Shown here in pieces: positions 21,658 through 32,139 of a DNA stretch of 64,000 nucleotides. Source of the DNA: Marinicella sp. (GTDB taxonomy: Bacteria; Pseudomonadota; Gammaproteobacteria; Xanthomonadales; Marinicellaceae); assembly GCA_965230295.1 (NCBI GenBank), contig OZ246001.1, forward strand, positions 160,001-224,000. Direction: 5' to 3'. Position numbers and translations under genes: made by a program. The stretch's first letter is position 1. Each line of letters begins with the position of its first letter. A model generated the notes under the pieces. The model made no database searches and was not told where the DNA came from. It saw only the letters and a list, made by a program, of their open reading frames with translations.

Positions 21658-23287
21658 CGGTTGCTTTGTTGCTGAATACTTTCTGCCCTGCCACCCAAGT
21701 TTCCAGAACTTCAGTCTTCCAGATGTCTTGTGGGTTGATGGCGAAGATGTCTTGGTCGATCACAATAAAGTCTGCTTGCTTGCCCACATCCAATGAGCCA
21801 CTGAATTGTTCAGCATGGGCAGCAAATGCGGCATTGATGGTGAATGACTGTAAGGCCTGCTCCACTGACATTGATTCAGCGCTGTACCAACCACCATCGG
21901 GTTGATTTTGATGGTTCTGACGCGTCACGGCGGCATGTAAGCCATGAAACGGGTTGATCAACTCCACGGGAAAATCCGACCCTGAGGCGACCACCACACC
22001 TGCTTTGATCAATTTTTGCCAGGCATAAGCACCTTTGATGCGTTCTGGACCGACACGATCTTCAGCCATATTCATGTCACTGGTGGCATGGGTGGGTTGC
22101 ATGGAGGCGATCAGGTTGTGTTGCTTGAATTTTTCAATGTCCGTGATACGTAAAATTTGCGCGTGTTCCACTCGATGTCTGAGTAGGTCTGACTTCATAT
22201 GAGGCCGTGCCAGCAAGTCAATCACTTCGGTGTTGCCTTTGTCTCCTATGGCATGGACATTGGCTTGAAAATCAGCTTTGATCAAATAATCCAACAATGC
22301 TTCAATTTGTTCCGGGGTCTGGACATAAGCCCCTTGCATTTCGGGCTTGTCAGTATATGGGGCATGCATGATGGCTCCATAACTGCCCAATGCACCATCG
22401 ATCATCAATTTAACTGAGCGCACAATGAAATGATTCTCGATGTTTAAATGACCCTTCTTGATGAATGTTTTAAAATCCTTACTGCCGCTGGCCAACATGG
22501 CATAGACACGGATGGGTAAGGTTCCAGCTGCAGCCATGTCAGAAAAAATGTCATAACTGTCCTTGCCAATACCGGCATCATGCACAAATGTCAATCCAGC
22601 TGCCGCCAAATCATCAACTGCCAACTTCATGGCTTTGATTTTCATTTCACCTGATATTGCAGGCACCAACTTTTCGACTTCGTACATGGCGTTGTCTATC
22701 AGGATCCCTGTTGGCAGCCCTTCCGAATCTTTTAATATCAAATCATTGTTTTTGGCCGTTTCACGATTGATGCCTGCCAGTTCTAAGGCCTTTGAATTGG
22801 CCCAACCTGCATGGCCATCAATGCGTTCCAGCCAGATGGGTTTGTCTTTTGAGATTTTGTCCAGGTCATAGCGACTCGGAAAAGCTTTATCAGGCCACAA
22901 AACCTGATTCCAACCACGACCGATGATCCAGGGGTAATCCGTGTTTTGAGTGGCATATGACCGGGTTTGTTTGATGGTGGCTTCTAATGACTTGAAACCG
23001 CGCAAGTCAACCAACAAACGTGACAAACCATAAGCCAAAATGTGTCCATGTGCATCGTGTAAGCCAGGTAACACGACCTGCCCATTACCATCAATCACTC
23101 GAGCCTGTTTTAAAGTGTCTTTATCTGCCTGCAGTAATTTTCCGGTTTCAACATCAAAAACCAACTGATTGATTTTATTTAACTTTTTTCCGTCATGGGA
23201 ATAACCATTGATATTCTTGAGGTGAATGATTTCAGCAGTAATGGCCGAACTACAAAGTATCAGAAACAAAGAAAAGTATATTCGCAT
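21647..23287 (-). CDS. YtcJ-like amidohydrolase
   Basis: PGLHDAHGH, DGALGS, VHAIGD, RVEHAQ, SMQPTH, GSDFPVE. Confidence 0.93.
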   Translation of the reverse strand: MRIYFSLFLILCSSAITAEIIHLKNINGYSHDGKKLNKINQLVFDVETGKLLQADKDTLKQARVIDGNGQVVLPGLHDAHGHILAYGLSRLLVDLRGFKSLEATIKQTRSYATQNTDYPWIIGRGWNQVLWPDKAFPSRYDLDKISKDKPIWLERIDGHAGWANSKALELAGINRETAKNNDLILKDSEGLPTGILIDNAMYEVEKLVPAISGEMKIKAMKLAVDDLAAAGLTFVHDAGIGKDSYDIFSDMAAAGTLPIRVYAMLASGSKDFKTFIKKGHLNIENHFIVRSVKLMIDGALGSYGAIMHAPYTDKPEMQGAYVQTPEQIEALLDYLIKADFQANVHAIGDKGNTEVIDLLARPHMKSDLLRHRVEHAQILRITDIEKFKQHNLIASMQPTHATSDMNMAEDRVGPERIKGAYAWQKLIKAGVVVASGSDFPVELINPFHGLHAAVTRQNHQNQPDGGWYSAESMSVEQALQSFTINAAFAAHAEQFSGSLDVGKQADFIVIDQDIFAINPQDIWKTEVLETWVAGQKVFSNKATDEQ

Positions 23288-23408
23288 GACAGAACCTGTT
23301 TAAGAAAGCAAACCATTCTAACACCCCAAGTGAGACTTACACAAAAATAAAACTCCAGTAAAATTTACCGATTTTCTACGAAATATTCATCACTTTGATT
23401 TAAGATAT

Positions 23409-24560
23409 ATGTTGATTAAACTCAAGGCCTTACCCATGAACAAATTGAATTCTCTGCTATTAATATTGACTGTCTGTTTTCTGCCAGTTGCCTTTGCTGA
23501 TAACCAAAGCAGCCACAACATCAAAGTCTCCACTTTTGCGGAAGGCTTGGAAAAACCCTGGGGCATGACTTTTCTACCTGATGGTCGTTTGTTGGTGACT
23601 GAAAAGTCTGGACAACTGCGAATCGTCAACCAAGATGGCAGCGTTTCCGAACCTGTCAAAGGAGTTCCTGAAGTCAACGACAGTGGTCAAGGTGGCTTAT
23701 TGGATGTGGTGTTAGACCCCAATTACAATGACAACAGCATGATCTACTTCTCGTATGCCAAGTCTGAAGGTGGCGATCAGTCAAGAACGGCCGTAGGTAA
23801 AGCCAAATTCAGTGAAAATGGATTGGTAGACACCCAAGAGATTTGGCATCAGGCCCAGGCCTGTCGGGCTGGATACCATTATGGTTCACGATTGGTTTTT
23901 GATCGCACTGGCCATTTGTTTGTAACCTTAGGTGACCGCAATTGTGGCAAAGACCAAGTTCAGGACATGAGCACCCATTATGGTAAAGTGGTCAGAATTG
24001 ACACCAACGGTCAACCTGCCAAAGGCAATCCATACCTCACCAAAGATGGTGTGTTACCTGACATCTGGAGCTCTGGTCACCGCAACATCCAAGGTGCATT
24101 CTTGCACCCGGAAACCGGTGAATTGTGGGGCAATGAACATGGCCCCAAAGGCGGAGACGAAATCAACCACATCCAAGCGGGTAATAACTACGGCTGGCCC
24201 GTGATCACTTTTGGTATCAACTACAACGGTACACCCATCACTGACAAGACAGCCATGCCAGGCATGGAACAACCCGTTCATTATTGGGACCCTTCAATTG
24301 CCACATCAGGGATGTTGGTTTATAGCGGAGATGCCTTTCCAAATTGGCAGGGAGATATCTTTACGGGGGCCTTGAAACTGATGCACCTGAACCGGGTCAA
24401 GCTGGACGACAAGCAAAAAGTCATCACCGAAGAAAGGTTACTGAAAGACCAAAAAGAACGCATCAGAGCCATTGAACAAGGCCCGGATGGTCACATATAT
24501 GTGGCCACTGACCACGTTCAAGGACGGATCCTGAAAATATCACCTGCTGATAATCAATGA
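23409..24560 (+). CDS. PQQ-dependent sugar dehydrogenase (YliI/Asd family; start probably ATG 23436)
   Basis: PWGMTFLPDG, GQGGLLDV, HYGSRL, GHRNIQG, EHGPKGGDEIN, NYGWP. Confidence 0.93.
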   Translation: MLIKLKALPMNKLNSLLLILTVCFLPVAFADNQSSHNIKVSTFAEGLEKPWGMTFLPDGRLLVTEKSGQLRIVNQDGSVSEPVKGVPEVNDSGQGGLLDVVLDPNYNDNSMIYFSYAKSEGGDQSRTAVGKAKFSENGLVDTQEIWHQAQACRAGYHYGSRLVFDRTGHLFVTLGDRNCGKDQVQDMSTHYGKVVRIDTNGQPAKGNPYLTKDGVLPDIWSSGHRNIQGAFLHPETGELWGNEHGPKGGDEINHIQAGNNYGWPVITFGINYNGTPITDKTAMPGMEQPVHYWDPSIATSGMLVYSGDAFPNWQGDIFTGALKLMHLNRVKLDDKQKVITEERLLKDQKERIRAIEQGPDGHIYVATDHVQGRILKISPADNQ

Positions 24561-26596
24561 AGTTAAACAACTTGATTGGTCTGGTGCTGTCAGGCATCAG
24601 CACCAGCCTGTGCTCGCAACAAATTCAAGAGACAGCTTCTTCCATTGAAGAACAGCCAGTGATTGTGGTCAGCAGTGATGACCAGCCATTACCAGCGCCC
24701 TTGATGCCTGAAGCCAATCAAGCCAATGCTACGTCAGGAGGAGCGCAAATATTCACCCAACAAAATTGGGAACAACAAAAAGCCACCAACCTCAAAGACA
24801 TGCTGGACTTTGCACCCGGTGTCTTTGTACAACAGCGCAATGGGGCCGAAAGTGCTCGGGTTTCCATCCGCGGTTCCGGGCTGGGCCGACAATTCCAGGG
24901 TGGTGGTTTACAATTGCTCTATGATGGCATCCCTTTGAACACAGCCGATGGTTCGTTTGATTTCCAAGCCATCGACCCTTGGTTGGCTGACTATGTCACA
25001 GTCTATAGAGGTGCCAACGGTATGCGCCAAGGCGGCAGCACTTTGGGTGGCGTGATTAATTTTGGTACCACCGATCCCAACAACCAAGACAATCACCTTT
25101 TACGCTCAGCTGTGGGGAGTTTTGCCACACAGCAAGCGATGTTAAGCCTCAACAGTCAATTTGATCAGGGCTCAAAGCAAGCCATGCGGCTGCGGTTCAG
25201 CCATTTCAATCAAAGTGGCTTTCGGGTGCAAAACCAGCAGCGCAGTAACCGTATTGATCTACAACATCAATTCCAAAATACCGAGTACACGACCCATAAA
25301 ACCAGCTTCTATCACCTCAACACCTATGCGGAACTGCCCAGCAGTTTATCCAAAGCGTTGTTGTTTGCTGACCCTCGCCAATCTCGCGGCTTTAACATCA
25401 ACGGAAATTTTCACCGTGATTTAACCCTGAGTCGTGTGGCGTATCAAATGAGGCACAAAAATGCCAACCACTCAGCCATCGAAATGACCCTGTTTTATGC
25501 CGAAAAACAATTGGTTAACCCGGTGTTTACTTACATCAGCCGCGATTCAGATGACTTGGGCCTGCAATTCAAATGGACCAAAGGCTTCAACACCCTCCAC
25601 TTGCACAGTCAGTATGGCAGCCAGGATGAGTTGCGCCGAGAAAATGAATCGGGTTTACCAGGGGATTTACGTTTGGCCAGAGACCAACAAGCCTTGACCA
25701 GCAGCTTGACCTATGAACATCGACGCCCACTGCTGATCGAACGATTTGATCATGCCTTGACAGGAATTCTGGCGCTTCAAGGCGTGCATGCCCAACGCGA
25801 CATCACAGAAATCAGCTCCAACCGCATCGTCAGCGATCGCGATTACCAACAAATCAATCCAAGGTTTGGTTTTTTGTGGCAACCCAAACGCAACATTCAA
25901 TGGTTTGGTAACCTCAGTCGAAGTTTTGAGGCCCCCACCTTTGCAGAATTGAACAACGGCAATCAACCAGGCATCAATGCCCCCATCCAAGCCCAAAGCG
26001 CCGATACCATCGAACTGGGAACCCGCGGTACCAAAGGTTCAATCAGTTGGGATGCTGCTGTGTATTACAGTCAACTGGACCAAGAGTTCATTCGGTTTAG
26101 ATTTCCTGATGGCGCCACCCGCACCACCAATGCCGATAATTCAACCCACCTGGGATTGGAATCAGCCATACAATGGCAAGTGGCAGATCAATTGAAATGG
26201 ATCACCAGCTACCAATGGACCCAATTCAAGTTGGATAACGATCCTCATTTTGGTAACAACCGCATCCCTGGTATTCCAGAACACTACATCCAATCCAAAC
26301 TGACCTACCAACACCCCAGCGGCTGGAAGATAACTCCCAACCTGGAATGGGTCCCCACTGCTTATTACATTGATTTGGCCAACAGCTTCCGCACCGACAA
26401 TTACCTATTAACAGGATTGACATTGTCCTATGCCAGTTCGCAAGGCTTTGAATTTTATCTGGATGCCAAAAACCTCAATGACCAAACCTATATTTCTACC
26501 TCACTACCCATCCCTGATGCCAATGGCTCCGACGGCAATTACTTTTACAGTGGCGAAGGTCGTGCATTCTATGCAGGGATTAAATGGCAGTTTTGA
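24557..26596 (+). CDS. TonB-dependent receptor (YncD/FecA-like)
   Basis: Plug SIRGSG...DGIPLN, GGVINF, C-terminal GRAFYAGIKWQF. Confidence 0.92.
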   Translation: MKLNNLIGLVLSGISTSLCSQQIQETASSIEEQPVIVVSSDDQPLPAPLMPEANQANATSGGAQIFTQQNWEQQKATNLKDMLDFAPGVFVQQRNGAESARVSIRGSGLGRQFQGGGLQLLYDGIPLNTADGSFDFQAIDPWLADYVTVYRGANGMRQGGSTLGGVINFGTTDPNNQDNHLLRSAVGSFATQQAMLSLNSQFDQGSKQAMRLRFSHFNQSGFRVQNQQRSNRIDLQHQFQNTEYTTHKTSFYHLNTYAELPSSLSKALLFADPRQSRGFNINGNFHRDLTLSRVAYQMRHKNANHSAIEMTLFYAEKQLVNPVFTYISRDSDDLGLQFKWTKGFNTLHLHSQYGSQDELRRENESGLPGDLRLARDQQALTSSLTYEHRRPLLIERFDHALTGILALQGVHAQRDITEISSNRIVSDRDYQQINPRFGFLWQPKRNIQWFGNLSRSFEAPTFAELNNGNQPGINAPIQAQSADTIELGTRGTKGSISWDAAVYYSQLDQEFIRFRFPDGATRTTNADNSTHLGLESAIQWQVADQLKWITSYQWTQFKLDNDPHFGNNRIPGIPEHYIQSKLTYQHPSGWKITPNLEWVPTAYYIDLANSFRTDNYLLTGLTLSYASSQGFEFYLDAKNLNDQTYISTSLPIPDANGSDGNYFYSGEGRAFYAGIKWQF

Positions 26597-26609
26597 TGAT
26601 GATCATATG

Positions 26610-26651
26610 AAAGACGCTGGTTACCGGCCTTCGCCGGTAACCAGCGTCTTT
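26610..26651. terminator. Perfect 19-bp hairpin between convergent genes
   Basis: aaagacgctggttaccggc-cttc-gccggtaaccagcgtcttt. Confidence 0.75.
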
Positions 26652-26688
26652 AAAAATACCTTTCTGAGCCGGTAAAAATTTGATTGCA

Positions 26689-29600
26689 TCATGTGGTTTT
26701 CTTAGTCACCTTTTTGGCAGTCTTTTTCTTTGCCAATTTCTTAGTCACCTTCTTCTTGCTTACTTTTTTGTCGCTGCTGGCCTTGGTCACCGTACGAGCC
26801 GTTCTCCTTTTGCTGAGATTTTGAATTTTTTGACTTAACTCAGTGACTTTCTCCAACACTTCTGTATGAATACCCAGTTTCTTATTCATCGTCATGATCA
26901 CCGGAATGAATGAAGTTTCCATGGTTTCTGACAAGGAAGCCATGGCATCATCCAAACCAGGTAGGGGTTCATTGGAAACCGTCACTTCAAGGTTCAATTG
27001 CTTAATTGCTTGAGCCAATTCAGCAGTGACTGCTTGTAAGCTGGCTTTGGTTTGCTCTGAAGACGCTTGCTGACCTGAGGTCATTGAGGTACCCAAATCG
27101 GCCAAGGCATCCTGCATGGCAGCCAACTGCGTGGCAATCTTGGTGGCCCCATCGGCCTCATCACCTGCCACGGCATTTCTGATCTTGAATTCAGTTTTTA
27201 TGGCTTCCCAACGCTGTGCATCTTCTTCATTCAAGATACCACGCAACTCTTTGAGTTTAAGCAGGTTTTCTTCTGCTCCTGTGGTCAACAACTGGGCTTC
27301 ACCCACATAGTGATCATCAATCAGTTCTTGTAGTTCTGCTTCATCCATCACCGCCACCACTTTTTCTGCCAACTTGTTCATGTTGCGGTAACTGCCCTGT
27401 AATTTGAATGAAGGCTCTTCACGGTAACGGTCATCCATGGCAGCTGATCGAATGTACTCCTGGTTCACCTTTAAAATCACATCTTGCACTTTGAACAGAC
27501 GCTGTAAGACGGTGACAATCTCGTTGATTTCGCTGGTGGCATAACTGTGGGATAAATCGGTGGTGGCTACATTTTTGCCATGTGCCATATCCATCAGCAG
27601 GTATAAATCATTCAAGTCCCTTAATGCCAATGGTGCCAAAACGGGATTAGAAGTCAGTGAATTTTCAATATAACTTTTGGCAAACACATCATCCTGGCCA
27701 CTGAGCACATCACCCAGGTTATACACATCTGCCCGATTGGCGAGCATGTCCGGTATGCGGAACACCTCGCCTGATTCGGTATAAGGGTTACCAGCCATGA
27801 TCACACAAAACTTTTTGCCGCGCATGTCATAGGTTTTACTTTGTTCTCTCCACACACCTTCTATTTTTCTGGTGCCATCACACAGAGAAATGAACTTTTG
27901 CAGAAATTCTGGGTGGGTGTGCTGAATGTCATCGAGATAAAGCATGACATTGTTGCCCATTTCTAAGGCCAGGTTGAGTTTTTCCAACTCTTGTTTGGCA
28001 GTGGCATTCGGTGCATTGGCTGGATCCAACGATTTCACATCATGGCCCAGTGATGGGCAATTGATTTTCATGAAATTCAAGCCCAATCGATTGGCGGTGT
28101 ATTCCATCAAAGTGGTTTTACCGTAGCCAGGGGGTGAAATCAGTAGCAGCAAGCCCATCAAATCACTGCGTTTTTGTTGGCCCAAAGCACCCATTTGTTT
28201 GGCCAAATTATCACCAATGATGGGTAAATAGGATTCATTGATCAACTGGTTGCGCACAAATGAGGCCAAGGGTCTGGCCTTAAAAGTATCTAAAGCCATT
28301 TCAGCTTTCTGGCTGTGCATCAAACCATGCTTCACTTTGCGGAAAGCCTGGTATTGAGGATTTTGCACCGCATCAAAATGCCCCAATCGTTGCATAAACT
28401 CATCAAACTCAAAACTTAAATCGCGGTCATTGATGTTGCGATGATCGCCCAATAAGTCGCTCACTTTACATCGCAGGTTAACTGGTGACGGATCGAAATG
28501 CTTTTTATGGTCACAAAGAATCAACACGGTAGCCTCATAGACATACCTATTGTGGAGTTGGCGGTCTTCTTCGGCCACTGTGTTTTTAATCATGGCTTTG
28601 AGCCAATAACCCACTAATTGCCATTGTTGTTTGGGGTGAGCAGACAGGCTTTCTAATTGTTTGTTAAAGCCTTTGTATTCAGAAACAGATTCTAAATGTG
28701 AGCGCAACTGATCTGCCAACGCCCTGGCATGAACCGCACTTTTAAAACGTTTGGACTCTCTGACCACAGTCAAATAAGCGTACAAAAACTCTGCAGCAGT
28801 CTTGAGTTCATTCTCATGACAGTCAATGCCCAGTTCGGTAAAATAAGCAAGCATGTCACTTTCGAATGACTCATAAAGCTGCAAACTCATTTCTCTGCCA
28901 CCCAACTGACTGGCAATTTTGTGCGCTGTCAAAGCCTGTTGAGTGTAGTTTTGTTGTCTTTGCTCTGGTTGATTCAACCAATAAAACATGGCCAACGCAC
29001 GTGCTGTGGGTTGGTACATCAACAACGGTGCCCTGCCATAGGCATCGAGTAACTGCTGTAAAATTTTCAGTGCATCATGATCATGAACGCCCTTTTCATA
29101 GCCATCTTGGTATCTTGGATTGGCATAATCCTTCACCACTTGTAACAGGTCATCTGAGGACAACTCGGTTAACTGCATGATGTCATGCTCGCCACTGCCA
29201 TTCAATGCAGCACTGAATATGGCGTAGGCCAGGTATTCAGCCCGATAAACTTCGTTGTTTTCTGAACCAATGGTTTGCAGCCAGTATGCTTGATAACTTT
29301 TCAATGATGCATCATTCACCGGTTCATAGAAATCGGTGCCCGATAAATGAAACACCAATTCATCGCCCTTGGGCAAGATGGTTAAATCCAAAGGTTGGGT
29401 ATTGACACTGAATTTGTGTTTACCCAGTTTGATGGCATTGCCGCCGTCTTCGAAGATGTCCTTTTTATCCCTTAAACTGCGGATTGCTTGCTCTTTGACA
29501 GCTTTCAGCTTGGCTTCCACGTCATCGGCTTTGACGTTGTCATCCAATTCACGTAATTGAACAACCAGATCAGCCACTTTGTGCACCATGGGGTCCGATG

Positions 29601-32004
29601 AATAATAGGTATTGAGTTGGTCGTTATCGGTGAATTTCAATGATCGACGTTCAATGCTTTTCAACACCCGAGTGGCAGCAGATTGGACGTTTTCTGCTTT
29701 GCGTTGACGTTGATCAATCAGGTTTTGTTTCTTGTTCTCAAAAGTTTCGTGTAATTCTTCACGTTTATTGAGGATTTCATCCAGAAATGCTTCGTTGTCA
29801 CTGAAGTTACTTTCGAGTTCTTCCAGTTGCACCATCAAACGTGCCAGTTGCTCATCACAACCATCAGGTGTTTCGGCCAAGGCCACACCACTGGTGATGC
29901 TCTGTGATAAAACAGCCAACTGGGCACCGAACTCAGCCACCGACTCTGTGGCTGACAGTTCTTTGATGGTTAATTTGGCATGGGCTTTGGTTTGGTTGAT
30001 GCGGCTGTATACCTTCGAAACCGACTCCAAAATGGCGGTCTTTTGCAAGGTGTCATCGATGTCCAGGCCGTTGATCACCTCAGACAAGGCATCCAATCCC
30101 AAGGCCATTTCTTCCAATTCCACAGACAGGGGTTTGAGGTCCTTGACCGTCTTGATTTCAGCAATTTTATCGTGCACCGATTCAACCACTTGATCATAAT
30201 GATGCATGGCATGGTCTTGAGTGAGAAAACTGACCGTGCGTTGACCCAAAGCTTCGATTTCCTGATCCACCTGTTCAGACAATCGATTGATTTCATCCAT
30301 GTCTATATAACGGTATTCTCTGAGCGACAACAAATGACCTTTTTGACGTTTTAAATCCAAGAGCCCGTTGACAAATGGTGCTGGAGTGTCCCAATTGGCA
30401 ATTTGTATTTCACGCAGCAACTGGCGCAAATCTTGTTGTGCTTGCTGCAATGCTTTGGCTGACTCCTGGTTGATGGATCTGACTTTCTCAAACTCGTCTA
30501 ACACCAGCTCTGAAGTGTCTCCAATCACTTTCAATTGAGAAGAAAAGCCACCCAACTCTTCATTTTCCAACCAATAATAACCATCCAATACCCTTTGGAT
30601 GTTTTTGATCAAGTCTTCATATACCTGAACGCTGGGCGATTGTTCGCTGATCAGCTTTGATATGCTGTAAAGCTCTGATATGCCTTGTACCAATTCGGCA
30701 TTACCGATGGTTGCCAGTTCGGTTTTGTCATTGGCCTGGGCGGCACTGAACTCATCGCTGGTATAGGGTGTTTGCCACACTTGCATGGGGTGGATGCGCG
30801 AAGGCTCGGTTGATTCCGAACGAAAAATGATCATTTTGCCATCATCGTACAAAGAATAACCATGCCCAAAGATAGGACTCTGAAGCTCTTTGCGGATCAT
30901 GTTGTAAGAATACAAAGCAAATTTTCCTTCCAAGTGCTCATAGAACACGTACAAGACGTCCTCGCCATTGGGGGAATTCCAACGACGCTTGAACCGCAAA
31001 CCTTCTACATCTTCTGCAAAAACTTTGGATTCACCGCTTTGTAGATAATAACCACCTGGAAAAATGATGCCGTGGTCATTGGGTAATTGAACACAAGCGT
31101 GACCAATTTCATCAATGCGCAACACTTCATTGTTGCGTGTGTTGAACACAAAATACCGCCAGACCTCTTCTTTGTACGGTAGAATTTTCAACAAAATCAA
31201 CGAATTGACTTTGGCGTAGTAAATATCTGCATCTTCCAGTGATTGGTTGGGTTCATCCACAGTTTCTCGATAGATGCCTTCACCATCTTCGGTGTTGTCT
31301 TCTATTTTGATGGTTAAATCACCGCCCACGGTCTCGACAAACACTTCATCCAGAATGGACACATGTGGATGGCGGCCCTGGATAAAATCCTCACGGGTTG
31401 ATTTGTGCCATTCAAAATCATAGGAAGGTGGCAGCTCGATATCACGTTCACCGCGATCATCGATGTATTTCACTTCACCCTCATCACCGATACCCCATCG
31501 AAACACCCGTATGTCTCCGATGTTTTCACCAATTTGGAAGGCCGCCATCAATTTTTGGTTGATGACCCGCAGTTGAATCAAATGGGCTTTCTTGTAGTAA
31601 TTGTACAGCTCATGAAATTGTTTAAGGAAAACAGGATCATCCAAAAAACTGTCAGTAAGGGGTTCTGCCTTGACTTCGAATTTTCCACCTGACTCATGCA
31701 AACTATAAAGTGCAAACACATCGGAAACCTTGGTTTCCTTTTTAAGTCCGATGAATACATTGTAACCAAACAACAATTGGCCATTGATGCGCACAATGTC
31801 TCTGGGCGTGCAGTTATTTTCTGTGCGCACCCGGACCCGGTCTACCACTTCTAGTATGGTCTTGCCAAATTCTTGTTCACGCAACTGATTCAGTTGAATG
31901 ATTTGCGCTTCCAGTTGTTTGTTTTGTTCTTCCAACCGCTTGCGGATGACTTCATAAGAGCCTCCGGTGGCAACGGCTTGATTGATGGTGTTGTTCTCAA
32001 CCAT
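26689..32004 (-). CDS. Large 'DNA repair ATPase' (DUF3686 plus AAA; PA3728-like)
   Basis: GGSYEVIRKRL N-terminus, RIHPMQVWQTP, Walker A SPPGYGKTT, Walker B MLYLDD, FKLQGSYRNMNKL. Confidence 0.9.
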   Translation of the reverse strand: MVENNTINQAVATGGSYEVIRKRLEEQNKQLEAQIIQLNQLREQEFGKTILEVVDRVRVRTENNCTPRDIVRINGQLLFGYNVFIGLKKETKVSDVFALYSLHESGGKFEVKAEPLTDSFLDDPVFLKQFHELYNYYKKAHLIQLRVINQKLMAAFQIGENIGDIRVFRWGIGDEGEVKYIDDRGERDIELPPSYDFEWHKSTREDFIQGRHPHVSILDEVFVETVGGDLTIKIEDNTEDGEGIYRETVDEPNQSLEDADIYYAKVNSLILLKILPYKEEVWRYFVFNTRNNEVLRIDEIGHACVQLPNDHGIIFPGGYYLQSGESKVFAEDVEGLRFKRRWNSPNGEDVLYVFYEHLEGKFALYSYNMIRKELQSPIFGHGYSLYDDGKMIIFRSESTEPSRIHPMQVWQTPYTSDEFSAAQANDKTELATIGNAELVQGISELYSISKLISEQSPSVQVYEDLIKNIQRVLDGYYWLENEELGGFSSQLKVIGDTSELVLDEFEKVRSINQESAKALQQAQQDLRQLLREIQIANWDTPAPFVNGLLDLKRQKGHLLSLREYRYIDMDEINRLSEQVDQEIEALGQRTVSFLTQDHAMHHYDQVVESVHDKIAEIKTVKDLKPLSVELEEMALGLDALSEVINGLDIDDTLQKTAILESVSKVYSRINQTKAHAKLTIKELSATESVAEFGAQLAVLSQSITSGVALAETPDGCDEQLARLMVQLEELESNFSDNEAFLDEILNKREELHETFENKKQNLIDQRQRKAENVQSAATRVLKSIERRSLKFTDNDQLNTYYSSDPMVHKVADLVVQLRELDDNVKADDVEAKLKAVKEQAIRSLRDKKDIFEDGGNAIKLGKHKFSVNTQPLDLTILPKGDELVFHLSGTDFYEPVNDASLKSYQAYWLQTIGSENNEVYRAEYLAYAIFSAALNGSGEHDIMQLTELSSDDLLQVVKDYANPRYQDGYEKGVHDHDALKILQQLLDAYGRAPLLMYQPTARALAMFYWLNQPEQRQQNYTQQALTAHKIASQLGGREMSLQLYESFESDMLAYFTELGIDCHENELKTAAEFLYAYLTVVRESKRFKSAVHARALADQLRSHLESVSEYKGFNKQLESLSAHPKQQWQLVGYWLKAMIKNTVAEEDRQLHNRYVYEATVLILCDHKKHFDPSPVNLRCKVSDLLGDHRNINDRDLSFEFDEFMQRLGHFDAVQNPQYQAFRKVKHGLMHSQKAEMALDTFKARPLASFVRNQLINESYLPIIGDNLAKQMGALGQQKRSDLMGLLLLISPPGYGKTTLMEYTANRLGLNFMKINCPSLGHDVKSLDPANAPNATAKQELEKLNLALEMGNNVMLYLDDIQHTHPEFLQKFISLCDGTRKIEGVWREQSKTYDMRGKKFCVIMAGNPYTESGEVFRIPDMLANRADVYNLGDVLSGQDDVFAKSYIENSLTSNPVLAPLALRDLNDLYLLMDMAHGKNVATTDLSHSYATSEINEIVTVLQRLFKVQDVILKVNQEYIRSAAMDDRYREEPSFKLQGSYRNMNKLAEKVVAVMDEAELQELIDDHYVGEAQLLTTGAEENLLKLKELRGILNEEDAQRWEAIKTEFKIRNAVAGDEADGATKIATQLAAMQDALADLGTSMTSGQQASSEQTKASLQAVTAELAQAIKQLNLEVTVSNEPLPGLDDAMASLSETMETSFIPVIMTMNKKLGIHTEVLEKVTELSQKIQNLSKRRTARTVTKASSDKKVSKKKVTKKLAKKKTAKKVTKKTT

Positions 32005-32139
32005 AAATAACCCTGATTATTGACTGATGGGACGATCTGCCACGTGTAAAAAAATGTGGGCAGTTCGATCCGAGCCAGTTGTTGTATGATTGGGGCCCAA
32101 ACCCTTAGGGCCCTCAGCAAATCCTATCCCAATTTATGT

